Of a stretch of 64,000 nucleotides of DNA, positions 49,859-60,637 are shown in pieces. The notes under the pieces are model-generated. The model searched no databases, was not told where the DNA came from, and saw only the letters and a list, made by a program, of their open reading frames with translations. Source of the stretch: an uncultured delta proteobacterium (GTDB lineage: Bacteria > Desulfobacterota > Desulfomonilia > UBA1062); NCBI GenBank assembly GCA_963785235.1, contig CAWAUM010000001.1:704001-768000 (forward strand). The letters are read 5' to 3'. Both the position numbers and the translations under genes were made by a program. Each line of letters begins with the position of its first letter. Position 1 is the first letter of the stretch.

Positions 49859-52431
49859 TCACGGGGTAAGCACCAAAACATCCCGGTACTGGGCCTTGAG
49901 CGCCCCTTCCTTGAAGGGGAAGGTGATATATTCCCCATTTCGCCAGGTCTTTATGCCGTCATCGTAGTGCGGGCTTGAAGGGTTGTCGGACTGGCCCGAG
50001 CTGTTGACGCCGAACATGGGCTCTTCCAGGCTGAAGTCCACCACGATCCTCATGGCAGGGATAAGCCATGTGTCGAAGTCTCTGCCCATGGTATAGGCCG
50101 AAACGTTGAGCGTGAAGATATCCCCTGGTGCAGGGTACGGTCCCCTGTTGAAGTATGACCACAGGAGATTCATGGCGGTCCTTTCCATGAACCCCATATC
50201 TGTGCGGTTTTGGAGGCCTCGGTCTCCCAGACATAGGTGTGCAGAGCCCCCCAGTTCCATTTAGCGGGGTCACTGCCCTGCCTTGATTCCAGAGATGACA
50301 CGGCATTAAAGAGCGATTCAGCGATAATGGCCGCCTTGGTCTCCTTCAAGGTGGTCTTCACGTCGTCCCAGAAAGGGCTCTCATCCCCGCGGATGAGGAG
50401 ATGGTCGCAGGTTGCGTTATAGCTCTCGTTATTCATGACCAGGAAGGACTTCCATGCCCTCGAATCCTCAGGGCCCAGCTCGTCGAGAAAGATGTTTCTG
50501 GTTGCGCAGTCAAGCAGGACCCCCACCAGCGCAGCTCCGCTCGATCCGGCCTGCATGTCGCCATCGAAGTCCCGGAGCATATCGAGGGCGAGCTGTGCCT
50601 TTTTTCTCTTCTCAGGGTCTTTCCAGCTGTTGATCTCCCTGGTAATTTCCTCTGCAAGTTTTCCGCTTAAGAAGGACGGCCTTGAGCTTGGGTACGAACA
50701 GGGAATGGGTGTCGAGCTGCATGTCCATGCAGGTCCTTGCCGTATGTTCGGTGGTGGCAGAGGCCATCTGGGCGATGCGCTCGGCCCGCTCAGGCCAGTA
50801 CCATGATGATGAGAGGGTTTGGGGGTGGTCCTTTGCAACAGTGCGGTTGTTGGCCGTGCCGATGAATCCCTCGGGGGGGTTCTTTGAACCCGGCAGGACT
50901 TCCGGGTTCAGGAGACCGGTCCAGTCATACTCGCCGGTCCATCCGGGTGAGGGCATGAGGCCCCGGCCTTTGGCCCGGACAGGGTAGTTGCCGATCACCT
51001 GCCAGGCAATGTTGTCCTTGTCAGCCAGGACCATATTCAGGGCAATGGCCCTGATCCGTTTCATAATGGGTATGGCCTCCTCAACCGAACCGTGCGGAAC
51101 TCAGGCTGAAAAAGGCATTCATGCTGTCGTCGTCTTCTGTTACAGTAGCCCAGCTCAGTGCAATCCCGTAAGGCAGGGCCACGGCCCTTGGCTGGAAGAG
51201 CTGGATGGGTTCCTTTGTGAGGGCATCGCCCAGGAGCGGCCCGTGGATGGTTTCATGGATGGTGATGCTCACCGGGGCCTTGCCTTTGACCTGTGATGGT
51301 TTCCTTTCGATCGCTTGTGGGCAGCCATTTGCCCTTGTAGAGGTAGTGGAGCCTGCCGCCTATGTCCTTGAGCCTCTCCAGGAAGATGTCCTGGTTGTCC
51401 GCCATGACCATGGTCATGCCCCAGGCGATATGTCCGTTATATCCGGCTATCACAACAGGGACGCCCGATAACGCTTATGCCTGCAACATCATACCCGCCA
51501 CACCTGACATGGATCATGTTCCACATGGATGGCATGCTCAACAGGAGGTGGGTATCGTTGCACAGGATGCTCGCATTGCCTTTTGTCCTGCCCTTGGAGA
51601 TGGCCCAGTTGTTTGAGGCGGCAATGCCTCCGAGTCCCAGGGAGCTCAGGAGGGGCTGGACCTTGGTGATCCCTGCCAAGGCCGATACCGCACTGTTCAG
51701 ATCGATTCCGGAGAGTTTATCCGCCTCATCAAAGGGTATGGGCTCATCAGGATAGATGGGCAGCAGCCATGCGGTCTTCTGCTGCTCCTATGGCCTGGGC
51801 CACATTCAAGGCGAGCGATCTCTTCGTGGAGATTGAAGGAGAGTGCGAGATCCAGCAGGGCATACACCATGATGGAGTCGATGGGTTTCCAGTATTCCGG
51901 CGTGTATCCGGCCAGCGCAAGTTCCGCAGGCAGTATTGTCCTTATGCCGGTCCAGGTAGGCGTTCACCCCCGTACAGTATCGCTCCAGCAGGGCCAGGTT
52001 CTCGGGGCTGATGTTTTTGAGCAGGTTCAGGGCTGTTTGTCTGAGGTTCATGGTGCGCATGTACAGGTCCAGGTCGATCATGGACGCTCCGGCCATCTCG
52101 CTCAGGCGGCCTTCGGACATGAGCCTGATGGCCGCCATCTGGGTGAGCCGGTCAGAGGCATGGACATAGCCCATGGCCATGGCCATATCACCCATGGTCC
52201 TCGCCTCGATGAAGGGGATGCCAAGGGCGTCCCTCCTCACGGTGACCGGTTCTGTAAGGCCGGGCAGGTTCATGGTCCCCTTGGTTATATCAACGGTTTT
52301 CTCAAAGTGCTGTGCCACCATGTTGGTGCAGCCGCCCATGAAAAGGCCCAGGATCAATCCATGCATAAGATTAACCATACCGGGCTGCTGTTGCTTCTTG
52401 GTATACAGAAATTTTCATGTGCTGCCTTCAT
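49859..52431 (-). CDS. Penicillin acylase / AHL-acylase family Ntn hydrolase (lipoprotein), heavily frameshifted
   Basis: RDALGIPFI, GYVHASDRLTQM, SNNWAI (catalytic Ser), NDTHL, GYNGHIAWG.T, IGTANN, SGQS.NP.SPHYDD. Confidence 0.85.
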
Positions 52432-52499
52432 GGCTCCTCCTCTCATGTTCAGGGGTGCAAAAGAATATCGCTTCAATCATAATACATGATGATGCAGGG

Positions 52500-53282
52500 C
52501 TACCCTAGGGTGATCGTCCCCTGCATATATTTCACGGCCCGGCCCGAGATGATGACCCGCTCTCCCATATCCCTGCAGAAGAGCTCACCGCCACGCTCAG
52601 AGACCTGGAGGGCATGGAGCTCTTTCTTGCCGAGCCTTTTTGACCAGTATGGAATCAGCGCACAGTGGGCCGATCCGGTCACAGGGTCTTCATCAATCCC
52701 CAGCCTTGGCGCAAAGAACCGGGATACAAAATCCGAACAGATCCCGGGTGCAGTAACAATGACGCCGCGCAGGTCCACTTTCTTCAACAGGTCCATGTTA
52801 GGCCTCAGAGAACGGATATCCTCCTCCTGATCATAGACTACAAAATAATCCGAGCTTTTCAGTACTGCAGCCGGCTTCATTCCAAGGGCTTCAATCAGTT
52901 CTGCCGGTGGAGCACAGACAGTTGGCGGCTGTGATGGGAAATCGAGCGATAAAATATCTCCCGTACGCTCTACCCCCAAAGGACCGCTTCGTGAATCAAA
53001 CAAGACATGGGAAATTTTCAAGTCGAGTTCGGTAAAGATGATGAAGGCAGAGGCAAGGGTAGCATGACCACAGAGATCGACCTCTTCTACAGGCGTGAAC
53101 CAGCGGATTCGGTAATGATCACCCTCAAGGACAAAAAATGCGGTCTCCGAGAGGTTGTTCTCCCGGGCAATGAGCTGCATGGTCTTTTCATCAAGCCAAT
53201 GGAGGAGCGGGCACACGGCAGCGGGGTTGCCGGAGAAGACTTTGGATGAGAATGCATCGACCTGGTAGATAGGTATATTCAT
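52500..53282 (-). CDS. PhzF family epimerase/isomerase
   Basis: QVDAF..GNPAAV, NLSETAF, RWFTP..EVDLCGHATLA, EDPVTGSAH. Confidence 0.93.
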   Translation of the reverse strand: MNIPIYQVDAFSSKVFSGNPAAVCPLLHWLDEKTMQLIARENNLSETAFFVLEGDHYRIRWFTPVEEVDLCGHATLASAFIIFTELDLKISHVLFDSRSGPLGVERTGDILSLDFPSQPPTVCAPPAELIEALGMKPAAVLKSSDYFVVYDQEEDIRSLRPNMDLLKKVDLRGVIVTAPGICSDFVSRFFAPRLGIDEDPVTGSAHCALIPYWSKRLGKKELHALQVSERGGELFCRDMGERVIISGRAVKYMQGTITLG

Positions 53283-53527
53283 GGTCTTTATTCACCCTTC
53301 TTAACATGGATGTTAAAGAAGCATACAACTGCAGATAGCCATATTGTCAGATATGGATGCGCATCCGCCTGCCAAGCCATAAAATTGTACTCCCATGGGC
53401 ATTGGTCCTGCAATGACAATCTCAAGAACGGAATAAATATACCTATTATGGATAAAAAAAGTAACATCCAGCAACGCTCTTTTTGGGCAGACATCATTAA
53501 CTTATTGAAATAATGAATAAATATGAG

Positions 53528-53543
53528 TGGCATGCCATTTGCT
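53528..53543 (+). promoter_or_regulatory. sigma54 (-24/-12) promoter
   Basis: TGGCATGCCATTTGCT matches TGGCAYG-N4-TTGCW; long AT-rich upstream region. Confidence 0.7.
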
Positions 53544-53614
53544 GTTCATTCTCTATCAGCCATAAGATAGGGAAATGACCATAATTCGGGCAAGAAAGGC
53601 GGCTCCAGGAAGCT

Positions 53615-53890
53615 ATGATTTTTGATGAAGAACAACTCCTTAAGATAGAATCTCAGCGAAGAGAGAACCCGCAGGTCGAGCATCTTATTGCCCAGAGGAA
53701 TCAGTTACTCAAAGACCATCCCCACCTCCGGGAACTCCAGGATGAGGTTGATGCCCTCCTGAGTACCACAATCAATCCTGTAATAAGGCTGGAAATCCTC
53801 TTCATGCTCATGACCGACAGGCTCATGGAGATGAGGACTGTCTTTACAGAGCTCATAAAGATGGCCCATACTGCTTCTCTTGATAAATAA
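53615..53890 (+). CDS. Small helical hypothetical protein
   Basis: 91-aa ORF with SD-like AGGA, downstream of the sigma54 site. Confidence 0.6.
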   Translation: MIFDEEQLLKIESQRRENPQVEHLIAQRNQLLKDHPHLRELQDEVDALLSTTINPVIRLEILFMLMTDRLMEMRTVFTELIKMAHTASLDK

Positions 53891-53958
53891 TTTCAAATTC
53901 GTATTACTTCTATTAAATCAGTCTTAGTAATACCGGGAACCTCTGTAATGAGGAATCT

Positions 53959-55392
53959 ATGGTAGATGGTCCTGACATGAAAAAGCAAGACCCCCTGGGG
54001 ATTCGGCCCCCCATTGAAGCTAATCCCCTCACCACCGGAAGGACATGGGGCACCATGTGGCGCCTTACCTGGCCTATGCTGCTCATCATGGTCCTCAACT
54101 TCTTTGTGGGTTTCACTGATATTTATGTGGCCGGGCTCATCAGCAGTGATGTTCAGGCTGCCATTGGATACGTTTCGCAACTTTATTTTCTCTTTATTAT
54201 CCTGGGAAATGCCATCAGCATCGGTACAGTGGCCCTGGTATCGAGGGCCTTTGGGGCACTGGAGTTTGAGAAGGCCTCATCTTATGTAAAACAGTCGCTG
54301 ATCTTCGGCCTTATGGTTGCCCTTCTTCTCATGATAGTCGGTATTCTCTTTCATGAGCCCATTATCAGGATTGCAGGCTTTCCTCTTAGGATAAGAACCA
54401 TTGCGGAGACATTTTTTGTTATTTTTTCCTTTGCCCTGGGTTCGAATTATATCCTTATCATCAGCTCGGGGATCTTCCGCGCAAGCGCAGAGGTTATGAA
54501 GCCCCTAATTGCCATGTCCGTGTTCTGTTTCATCAACATAGTGCTGGATTTTGCCCTGGTGTTCGGTTGGGGACTAATTCCCGCCCTGGGATATAAGGGG
54601 ATCGGTTATTCCACGGCCATAGCCGCTACCGTGAGCATGGTGGTAAGCATCCTGTTCTTCTTTACCGGCAGGTGGAGAAAACTATTGAGAGGAGTCTGGG
54701 GTATAGAGGGCCGTACGATTATTCAGATAATAAGGCTCGGCTGGCCGGCAGGATTGCTCCAGGTGGCATGGAACGCGGGGAGCATCATTCTCTACCATAT
54801 CCTTTCCGGCCTCGGCAGCCAGAGCATTACTGCACTGGCCTCCATCACCAATGGACTCAGGATTGAGGCGATAATCTTCATGCCTGCCTTTGCCATGAAC
54901 ATGACCGCTTCAGTCCTGGTAGGTCAGAACCTCGGCGCAGGTAAACCCCAAAGGGCTGCCAGGCTTGGGTGGAAAATAGCCTTTACCGCCATGGTCACGT
55001 TGAGTCTGCTGTCCTGCGTAATCTATATGGGGGCTGATTTCTTTGCCTCGCTCCTTGCCAGCGACCCTGCTGTGCTCAAGGAAACAGCCAGATACCTGAG
55101 GGTGAACATGTTTTCAGAGCCGTTTATGGCCTTGAGTCTGGTGCTTGGCGGGGCCCTGCAGGGGGCGGGCGACACCAAGGGAAATATGTGGGTCATCATT
55201 TTCTGCATGTGGGTCATACGGCTGCCGCTTGCCTTTGTTCTGGCAATACCGCTTGAATTCGGTGCCTTGGGGGTATGGATGGCCATGGTCGTGTCCATGG
55301 TGTTCCAGGGTTTGCTCATGGCAATGAGATTTTACCGGGGCAGGTGGAAGACATTGAAGATAGACGGGTTGGCGACGCGTGAGCAGGGATGA
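53959..55392 (+). CDS. MATE family efflux transporter
   Basis: L.WP.L, D..VAG, VGQNLGAG, LQGAGDT; about 12 TM segments. Confidence 0.92.
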   Translation: MVDGPDMKKQDPLGIRPPIEANPLTTGRTWGTMWRLTWPMLLIMVLNFFVGFTDIYVAGLISSDVQAAIGYVSQLYFLFIILGNAISIGTVALVSRAFGALEFEKASSYVKQSLIFGLMVALLLMIVGILFHEPIIRIAGFPLRIRTIAETFFVIFSFALGSNYILIISSGIFRASAEVMKPLIAMSVFCFINIVLDFALVFGWGLIPALGYKGIGYSTAIAATVSMVVSILFFFTGRWRKLLRGVWGIEGRTIIQIIRLGWPAGLLQVAWNAGSIILYHILSGLGSQSITALASITNGLRIEAIIFMPAFAMNMTASVLVGQNLGAGKPQRAARLGWKIAFTAMVTLSLLSCVIYMGADFFASLLASDPAVLKETARYLRVNMFSEPFMALSLVLGGALQGAGDTKGNMWVIIFCMWVIRLPLAFVLAIPLEFGALGVWMAMVVSMVFQGLLMAMRFYRGRWKTLKIDGLATREQG

Positions 55393-55435
55393 GATCTGCT
55401 GCCCGGTTTTAGCCTTGGTGTTTTTTCGTTCCTCG

Positions 55436-56203
55436 TTAGATCTTCTTCAGAAAGGCATCGATCACATCATATGAAGACCTGCTGAGTCGAGTCATCTTGC
55501 CGGGTACTGTCACCAATGTTCCATCCTTTATCAGCTCTTCCATGGCCATGCCGGTGATGAGCTTATTATGGTCCCAGCGCATGAGCTTATGAGGATATGA
55601 ATTTCTGAGGAGATCGGTGAAGCATACTATATGGTTTTCAGATGAGGAGTTTGTACCTTCCACCTCGATTTCATAGTGGAGTATGCTGCAACCGGAGATA
55701 CTGTAGCTGACTTCATCCAGGGCAAGCTCGGCAATGGTTTCTCTTCTATCTACAGATGAAACATCTAGCACGAGTCTTATTGTCTTTCTTGACTGAACAG
55801 GGAAAAGGCCCAGGCGGGCAAGGCATTGCGTAGGTGAATCCACATGGGATGGGACCTCGATGGGGCTTGTGGGTGGAGCCTGTATGATGCGGGCTGCATG
55901 GTCCAGGCATTGCACTGACCAGGGAAACTCCAGTTCTTCCCTTACCGCAGCACCGGTAGCCTGTATGCGCTCGCCCTGTTTGATACAGAAGATCACCGAG
56001 CCTGCCGTGTCCCTGGTCCTCAGGGCGATCCCCCTTCCTGAGAGCGAACGTTCCAAGGTGTCAAAATAGGTGTCCGTGAAGACCTTCATACCCCGGGAGG
56101 CGAGGCGGTAAGGGCCAATGACCTCATGAGTGGATAATTCTTCCATGAGGTTTTGAGGCTCGTCTCCCAGTACGACAAGGGTGGTCTCCATCTCTGTGGC
56201 CAT
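55436..56203 (-). CDS. CYTH-domain protein
   Basis: EMET, DTYFDT..L..RGIALRTR, K, REELE, ELALDEV, EIEVE. Confidence 0.8.
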   Translation of the reverse strand: MATEMETTLVVLGDEPQNLMEELSTHEVIGPYRLASRGMKVFTDTYFDTLERSLSGRGIALRTRDTAGSVIFCIKQGERIQATGAAVREELEFPWSVQCLDHAARIIQAPPTSPIEVPSHVDSPTQCLARLGLFPVQSRKTIRLVLDVSSVDRRETIAELALDEVSYSISGCSILHYEIEVEGTNSSSENHIVCFTDLLRNSYPHKLMRWDHNKLITGMAMEELIKDGTLVTVPGKMTRLSRSSYDVIDAFLKKI

Positions 56204-56396
56204 GAGAGGATATAAGCACGAATGCCTCATACGATGCAACCGGGGTTGCCATGAATAGGATAATGGGGTTATGTGTTTCTGGACAAACACATGGCAGGCA
56301 ATTACTATAACACATACATATGTATAGAAGCTCTCACAACCTGAAGAATGTACCGGTCATGTCCGGTTATAGCCGTGTTTTTGCGGAGGATGTATC

Positions 56397-57725
56397 ATGG
56401 TCGAGAAGGTCATCATCATGGGTGCGGCAGGCAGGGATTTTCACAACTTCAATACCTATTTCAAGGACAATCCGCGCTACCGGGTTGTAGCTTTCACTGC
56501 AGCACAGATACCTGATATCGAACAGAGATCCTATCCTGAACAGCTTGCAGGAGAACTTTACCCAAAGGGTATCCCCATTTATCCCGAGACCATGCTCTCA
56601 AGGCTTATTACGGATAATCAGGTGGACCTGGTGGCCTTCTCCTACAGCGATGTCCCGTATGTGGAGCTCATGCACAAGGCATCCATCGCTATGGCCTGCG
56701 GGGCCGATTTCATTATGATTGCTGCCAGTTACACCATGCTCAAGGCCCACAAGCCCGTGGTGGCAGTGTGCGCTGTCCGGACCGGCTGTGGAAAGTCGCA
56801 GACCACGCGTAAGGTTTGCACAATCCTGAGAGAGATCGGCAAGAAGGTAGTGGTGGTCCGCCACCCCATGCCTTATGGAGACCTTCTGGCCCAGGAGGTA
56901 CAGAGATTCTCCGCATATGAGGATTTTGCTCGCCACAAGTGCACCATTGAGGAGCGTGAGGAATATGAGCCCATTGTAGACCAGGGTATCGTGGTCTATG
57001 CAGGTGTCGATTACGGCAAGATCCTTGCAAGGGCCCAGGAAGAGGCAGATATCATTGTCTGGGATGGAGGCAACAATGACACCCCTTTCTACCGGCCTGA
57101 CGTGCATATAGTACTCTTTGATCCGCACCGGAGCGGTCATGAACTGCTGTACTACCCGGGCGAGACAAACATGCGCATGGCAAAGATCGCCATCATCAAC
57201 AAGGTGGACAGTGCAGAACCCTCTCAGGTGGAGCAGATAAGGTCAAACATCGAGAGATGTAATCCACAGGCAAGCATTATCCTGGCCTCTTCTCCCGTTA
57301 TCGTGAACGAGCCGGAACGCCTCAGGGGTATGCGGGTACTGGTGGTGGAGGACGGGCCGACGCTTACCCACGGAGGGATGACCTTTGGCGCAGGCCTCAT
57401 AGCCGCTCAAACATTCAAGGCCCTGGAGATTGTTGATCCCAGGCCTTATGCGGCGGGCTCAATCAGTGACACGTATAGGACATATCCCCATATCGGCCCG
57501 GTACTGCCTGCCATGGGCTACAGTACAGAGCAGATCAGGGATCTTGAAGAAACCATTAACGCCTCTGATTGTGACCTCGTACTCTTTGCCACCCCCATCC
57601 AGCTCACCAGAATCGTGTCCATCAACAAGCCCGCAATCCGCGTACGATATGAGTATGAGGACAACGGGAGTCCTACCTTGCAGGATGTCCTTCTGGGTGA
57701 GCTTAAGGGAAGGGGGCTTATCTAA
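56397..57725 (+). CDS. Arginine synthetase ArcE-like P-loop ligase (cDPGS/GTPase family)
   Basis: GAAGRDFHNFN, AVRTGCGKS, RHPMPYG, TIEEREEYE, WDGGNND, EDGPTLTHG, PAMGY; directly upstream of carbamate kinase. Confidence 0.75.
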   Translation: MVEKVIIMGAAGRDFHNFNTYFKDNPRYRVVAFTAAQIPDIEQRSYPEQLAGELYPKGIPIYPETMLSRLITDNQVDLVAFSYSDVPYVELMHKASIAMACGADFIMIAASYTMLKAHKPVVAVCAVRTGCGKSQTTRKVCTILREIGKKVVVVRHPMPYGDLLAQEVQRFSAYEDFARHKCTIEEREEYEPIVDQGIVVYAGVDYGKILARAQEEADIIVWDGGNNDTPFYRPDVHIVLFDPHRSGHELLYYPGETNMRMAKIAIINKVDSAEPSQVEQIRSNIERCNPQASIILASSPVIVNEPERLRGMRVLVVEDGPTLTHGGMTFGAGLIAAQTFKALEIVDPRPYAAGSISDTYRTYPHIGPVLPAMGYSTEQIRDLEETINASDCDLVLFATPIQLTRIVSINKPAIRVRYEYEDNGSPTLQDVLLGELKGRGLI

Positions 57726-57747
57726 TGGATAAAAAGAGGTGTGAGAA

Positions 57748-58704
57748 ATGGCGTCGGTGAGTGAGCAGGATAATCGGAGCAAACCCATATTGCTTGTAGC
57801 CTTAGGCGGCAATGCCCTGATCAGAAAAGGGCAGCAAGGGACTATTGAGGAGCAGTTCGAGAACCTCAAGGTCCCCATCAGCCAGATTGCGAGGCTTACC
57901 AGGGATTACCGCATCATCATAACCCATGGAAACGGTCCCCAGGTTGGCAACCTCCTGCTCCAGCAGGAGTGTTGCAATGATGTGCCCAAGATGCCGCTAG
58001 AGATCCTGGTGGCGCAGACCCAGGGAGCCATCGGTTACATGATCGAATCCACGCTGGACAGCGAGCTCATGCGCCAGGGCATCGCCACCAGCAAGCCCCT
58101 GGTGAGCCTTATCAGTTATGTGGTGGTTGATGAAAACAGCCAGGCCTTCAGGAATCCCACCAAGCCCATAGGCCCGGGCTTCACTGAGGAAAGGGCTGCC
58201 ATGTTGCCCTACATGACCAGGAAGACCGATAATGGTTTTCGCAGGGTGGTGGCATCCCCTGAGCCGGTAACCATTGTGGAAAAGAATGAGATCATGAGGC
58301 TTATCGAGATGGATTTCGTGGTCATCTGCTGCGGAGGGGGAGGGATACCGGTTGTACGGGAGGGTAGGTCATTTGCCGGCGTAGACGCGGTCATAGACAA
58401 AGATCTGGCCAGTGCCAAGCTTGCCTGCGAGGTGGGTGTGGACACGTTCATCATCGCAACCGATGTGAAGGGTGTTGCCATCAACTATGAAAAGGAAAAT
58501 CGGCAATTTCTTAGAACCCTCACCCTGGATCAGGCCAGGCAGTATGAAGGGCAGCTGCACTTTTCCCAAGGGTCCATGCTGCCCAAGGTCCAGGCCGCAA
58601 CGGCCTTTCTTCGCTCAGGGGGCAGGAGGACAGTCATAACCTCCATGGAGACCATCGAAGATGCAGTGGCAGGCCGGGCCGGTACTGAGATCATCCGGGA
58701 ATAA
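57748..58704 (+). CDS. arcC: Carbamate kinase
   Basis: ALGGNAL, THGNGPQVG, PTKPIG, RRVVASP, GGGGIPV, AVIDKD, GSMLPKV. Confidence 0.95.
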   Translation: MASVSEQDNRSKPILLVALGGNALIRKGQQGTIEEQFENLKVPISQIARLTRDYRIIITHGNGPQVGNLLLQQECCNDVPKMPLEILVAQTQGAIGYMIESTLDSELMRQGIATSKPLVSLISYVVVDENSQAFRNPTKPIGPGFTEERAAMLPYMTRKTDNGFRRVVASPEPVTIVEKNEIMRLIEMDFVVICCGGGGIPVVREGRSFAGVDAVIDKDLASAKLACEVGVDTFIIATDVKGVAINYEKENRQFLRTLTLDQARQYEGQLHFSQGSMLPKVQAATAFLRSGGRRTVITSMETIEDAVAGRAGTEIIRE

Positions 58705-58782
58705 CGAGTACTCCCTACAAGGGAATCATTACTCTTGTATTAGAAACATAATGTTTTATTGTGAAAATGTAGCTCATCCAAG

Positions 58783-59439
58783 TCATAGGATTGATGCTTC
58801 AGGAAACATCATTAAAAAATTTCGAGCTTTGACTGTACAGAGGATTCGTCCCTGGGTGATATCCGGGAAAAAAGACTCGTCAATAGTAACTCCTGTCAGC
58901 TTTGCAAAAGATAGTGCCCCACGTGCTTTGGGCGTGGTTAGGTAAGTTTTTTCTTTATAATGATGGGCTAAGGTATGAAGGCCTGAAGGAACCAGCGTGG
59001 TAGTACATGGGATTGAGCAGGGACAGGAGTTGAAACTCAACTCAGCAAAGAGATGGTTGTCCTTTCTGATTCGGACGCAGTCAATGGAATTCTTTTCAAC
59101 AAATTCAAAATCTGCATACTCTTTAGGAATCCCCCAATTGTTCTGTCCATTCATGACACTCTTAGTCGTGGAAACATAGATCTTAGTGATGGAAAAATAG
59201 TTTTTGTTGTGAAATGAGAACATGCCGGGAATAAACAGAAGCTCTTGATAAGGCCCCACATCGGATGAAATATAGTCTACATACATGATAATGCCCATGC
59301 CGCCCGCGAAAGATCTTTCGAGAGTTTCTGGTATGAATCCTTTTTCTTCAATGAACTTACGCTGAAACTTTACAAGAATTATATACCCACTTCCCACTAA
59401 CGACCAAGGGGCAGGGACATCAATCGATCCTTCTCCCAT
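58783..59439 (-). CDS. Acetoacetate decarboxylase family protein
   Basis: PAPWSL.G, VDY..SDVGPYQEL, KIYVS..S..NG..NWGIPK. Confidence 0.8.
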   Translation of the reverse strand: MGEGSIDVPAPWSLVGSGYIILVKFQRKFIEEKGFIPETLERSFAGGMGIIMYVDYISSDVGPYQELLFIPGMFSFHNKNYFSITKIYVSTTKSVMNGQNNWGIPKEYADFEFVEKNSIDCVRIRKDNHLFAELSFNSCPCSIPCTTTLVPSGLHTLAHHYKEKTYLTTPKARGALSFAKLTGVTIDESFFPDITQGRILCTVKARNFLMMFPEASIL

Positions 59440-59533
59440 AGTTCTCTCTTCATCAGAATAGTATATGATTGGTGAAAAAAATTCCTCACATTGTCAGTTG
59501 GTTGTGTTTTGTTCTGTCAAGCCTACCTGCAGT

Positions 59534-60637
59534 TTATCCGGTGCGCATCCTCAGTCCCCGCTCCACGGTCACCACGAAGTCCTGTACGTTCGTCAGAATG
59601 GACCTTGCAGTCAGCGATCCCCGGTTGGCGAGCTTGTTCACGGCAAACTCCGACATGTCCACCGTGTAGAAATACACGGGCCTTACGGTCCCGTCGGACT
59701 CAACCCGGTAGGAAGGGGCCATGTTTCCTGTTGCAATGGCATGGAGCTGGGTGGCCATGGCTATGACCGTGGTGGCCTTTTTTGTTATGGCGCGCATGCT
59801 GTCCTGGGCGGCATAGGCATCGCGGGTTACCTCGGGAAGCGGGCCATCGTCCCTTATGGAGCTTGCCAGTACAAAGGGGACGCCTTTTTGGATCACTGCC
59901 CTCATGACCCCGTCTTTGATGATCCCCTGGTCTATGGCAGTCTTCAAAGAGCCGAGCCTGCGGATGGCATTGATGGCATCCAGGTGGTGGTAGTGGCCGA
60001 GAGGCACGGTGCGTTTGGTATAGATATCCTGGCCGAGCCCGGTGGAGAACAGGGAGGCCTCAACATCATGGGTGGCCAGGGCATTTCCGGCGAGCAGCGC
60101 ATGTACATAGCCCCTGCTCACAAGCTCTGCAAAGGCGTTTCTTGCGTCCCTGTCAAAGACCACTGCAGGCCCAAGCACCCAGACGATGAAGCCCTGGTCC
60201 CGCTCATACTCCAACAGGTCGTAGAGCTCATCGTAATCGATGGAAAAAGACGTCTCCCTGGTGATGCGGCTTCTGAATGCGAATTTTTCGCTTGCAGCAT
60301 CCATGAAGTCAAAGGCCCGGATATGGACAAAGATCCCGTCTTCGCCGTTCTCATGCCTGCCGCAGGCTATCTTGTCTCCGCCCTTGATATTCCGGAATTC
60401 TTTGACGGTTAAGGAATCGTTATCTTCCAGCACTGCAACGCAGTCCATGCGGGATTCCCTGGGCAGGATCCACTGGCCCTTTCTGATGTGAAAATATTCC
60501 GGATAGATGGATGTGGCGTGATAATTATCAGGTGCTACACCGTCTTTTTCCGCCCTGATGAACGTTGCTGTGGGCGCTCCGGAAAATTCACTGCTGCTGA
60601 AATCAGGATGCATATACATAGGAAGGATAAAAGGCAT
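59534..60637 (-). CDS. TIGR00300 / ArgZ C-terminal-type ornithine cyclodeaminase-like protein
   Basis: DGVAPDNYHATS, RMDC, GPAVV, AGNALATHDVE..L..T.LG, SIRDDGPLP, LHAIATGN, NKL.NRGS. Confidence 0.75.
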   Translation of the reverse strand: MPFILPMYMHPDFSSSEFSGAPTATFIRAEKDGVAPDNYHATSIYPEYFHIRKGQWILPRESRMDCVAVLEDNDSLTVKEFRNIKGGDKIACGRHENGEDGIFVHIRAFDFMDAASEKFAFRSRITRETSFSIDYDELYDLLEYERDQGFIVWVLGPAVVFDRDARNAFAELVSRGYVHALLAGNALATHDVEASLFSTGLGQDIYTKRTVPLGHYHHLDAINAIRRLGSLKTAIDQGIIKDGVMRAVIQKGVPFVLASSIRDDGPLPEVTRDAYAAQDSMRAITKKATTVIAMATQLHAIATGNMAPSYRVESDGTVRPVYFYTVDMSEFAVNKLANRGSLTARSILTNVQDFVVTVERGLRMRTG

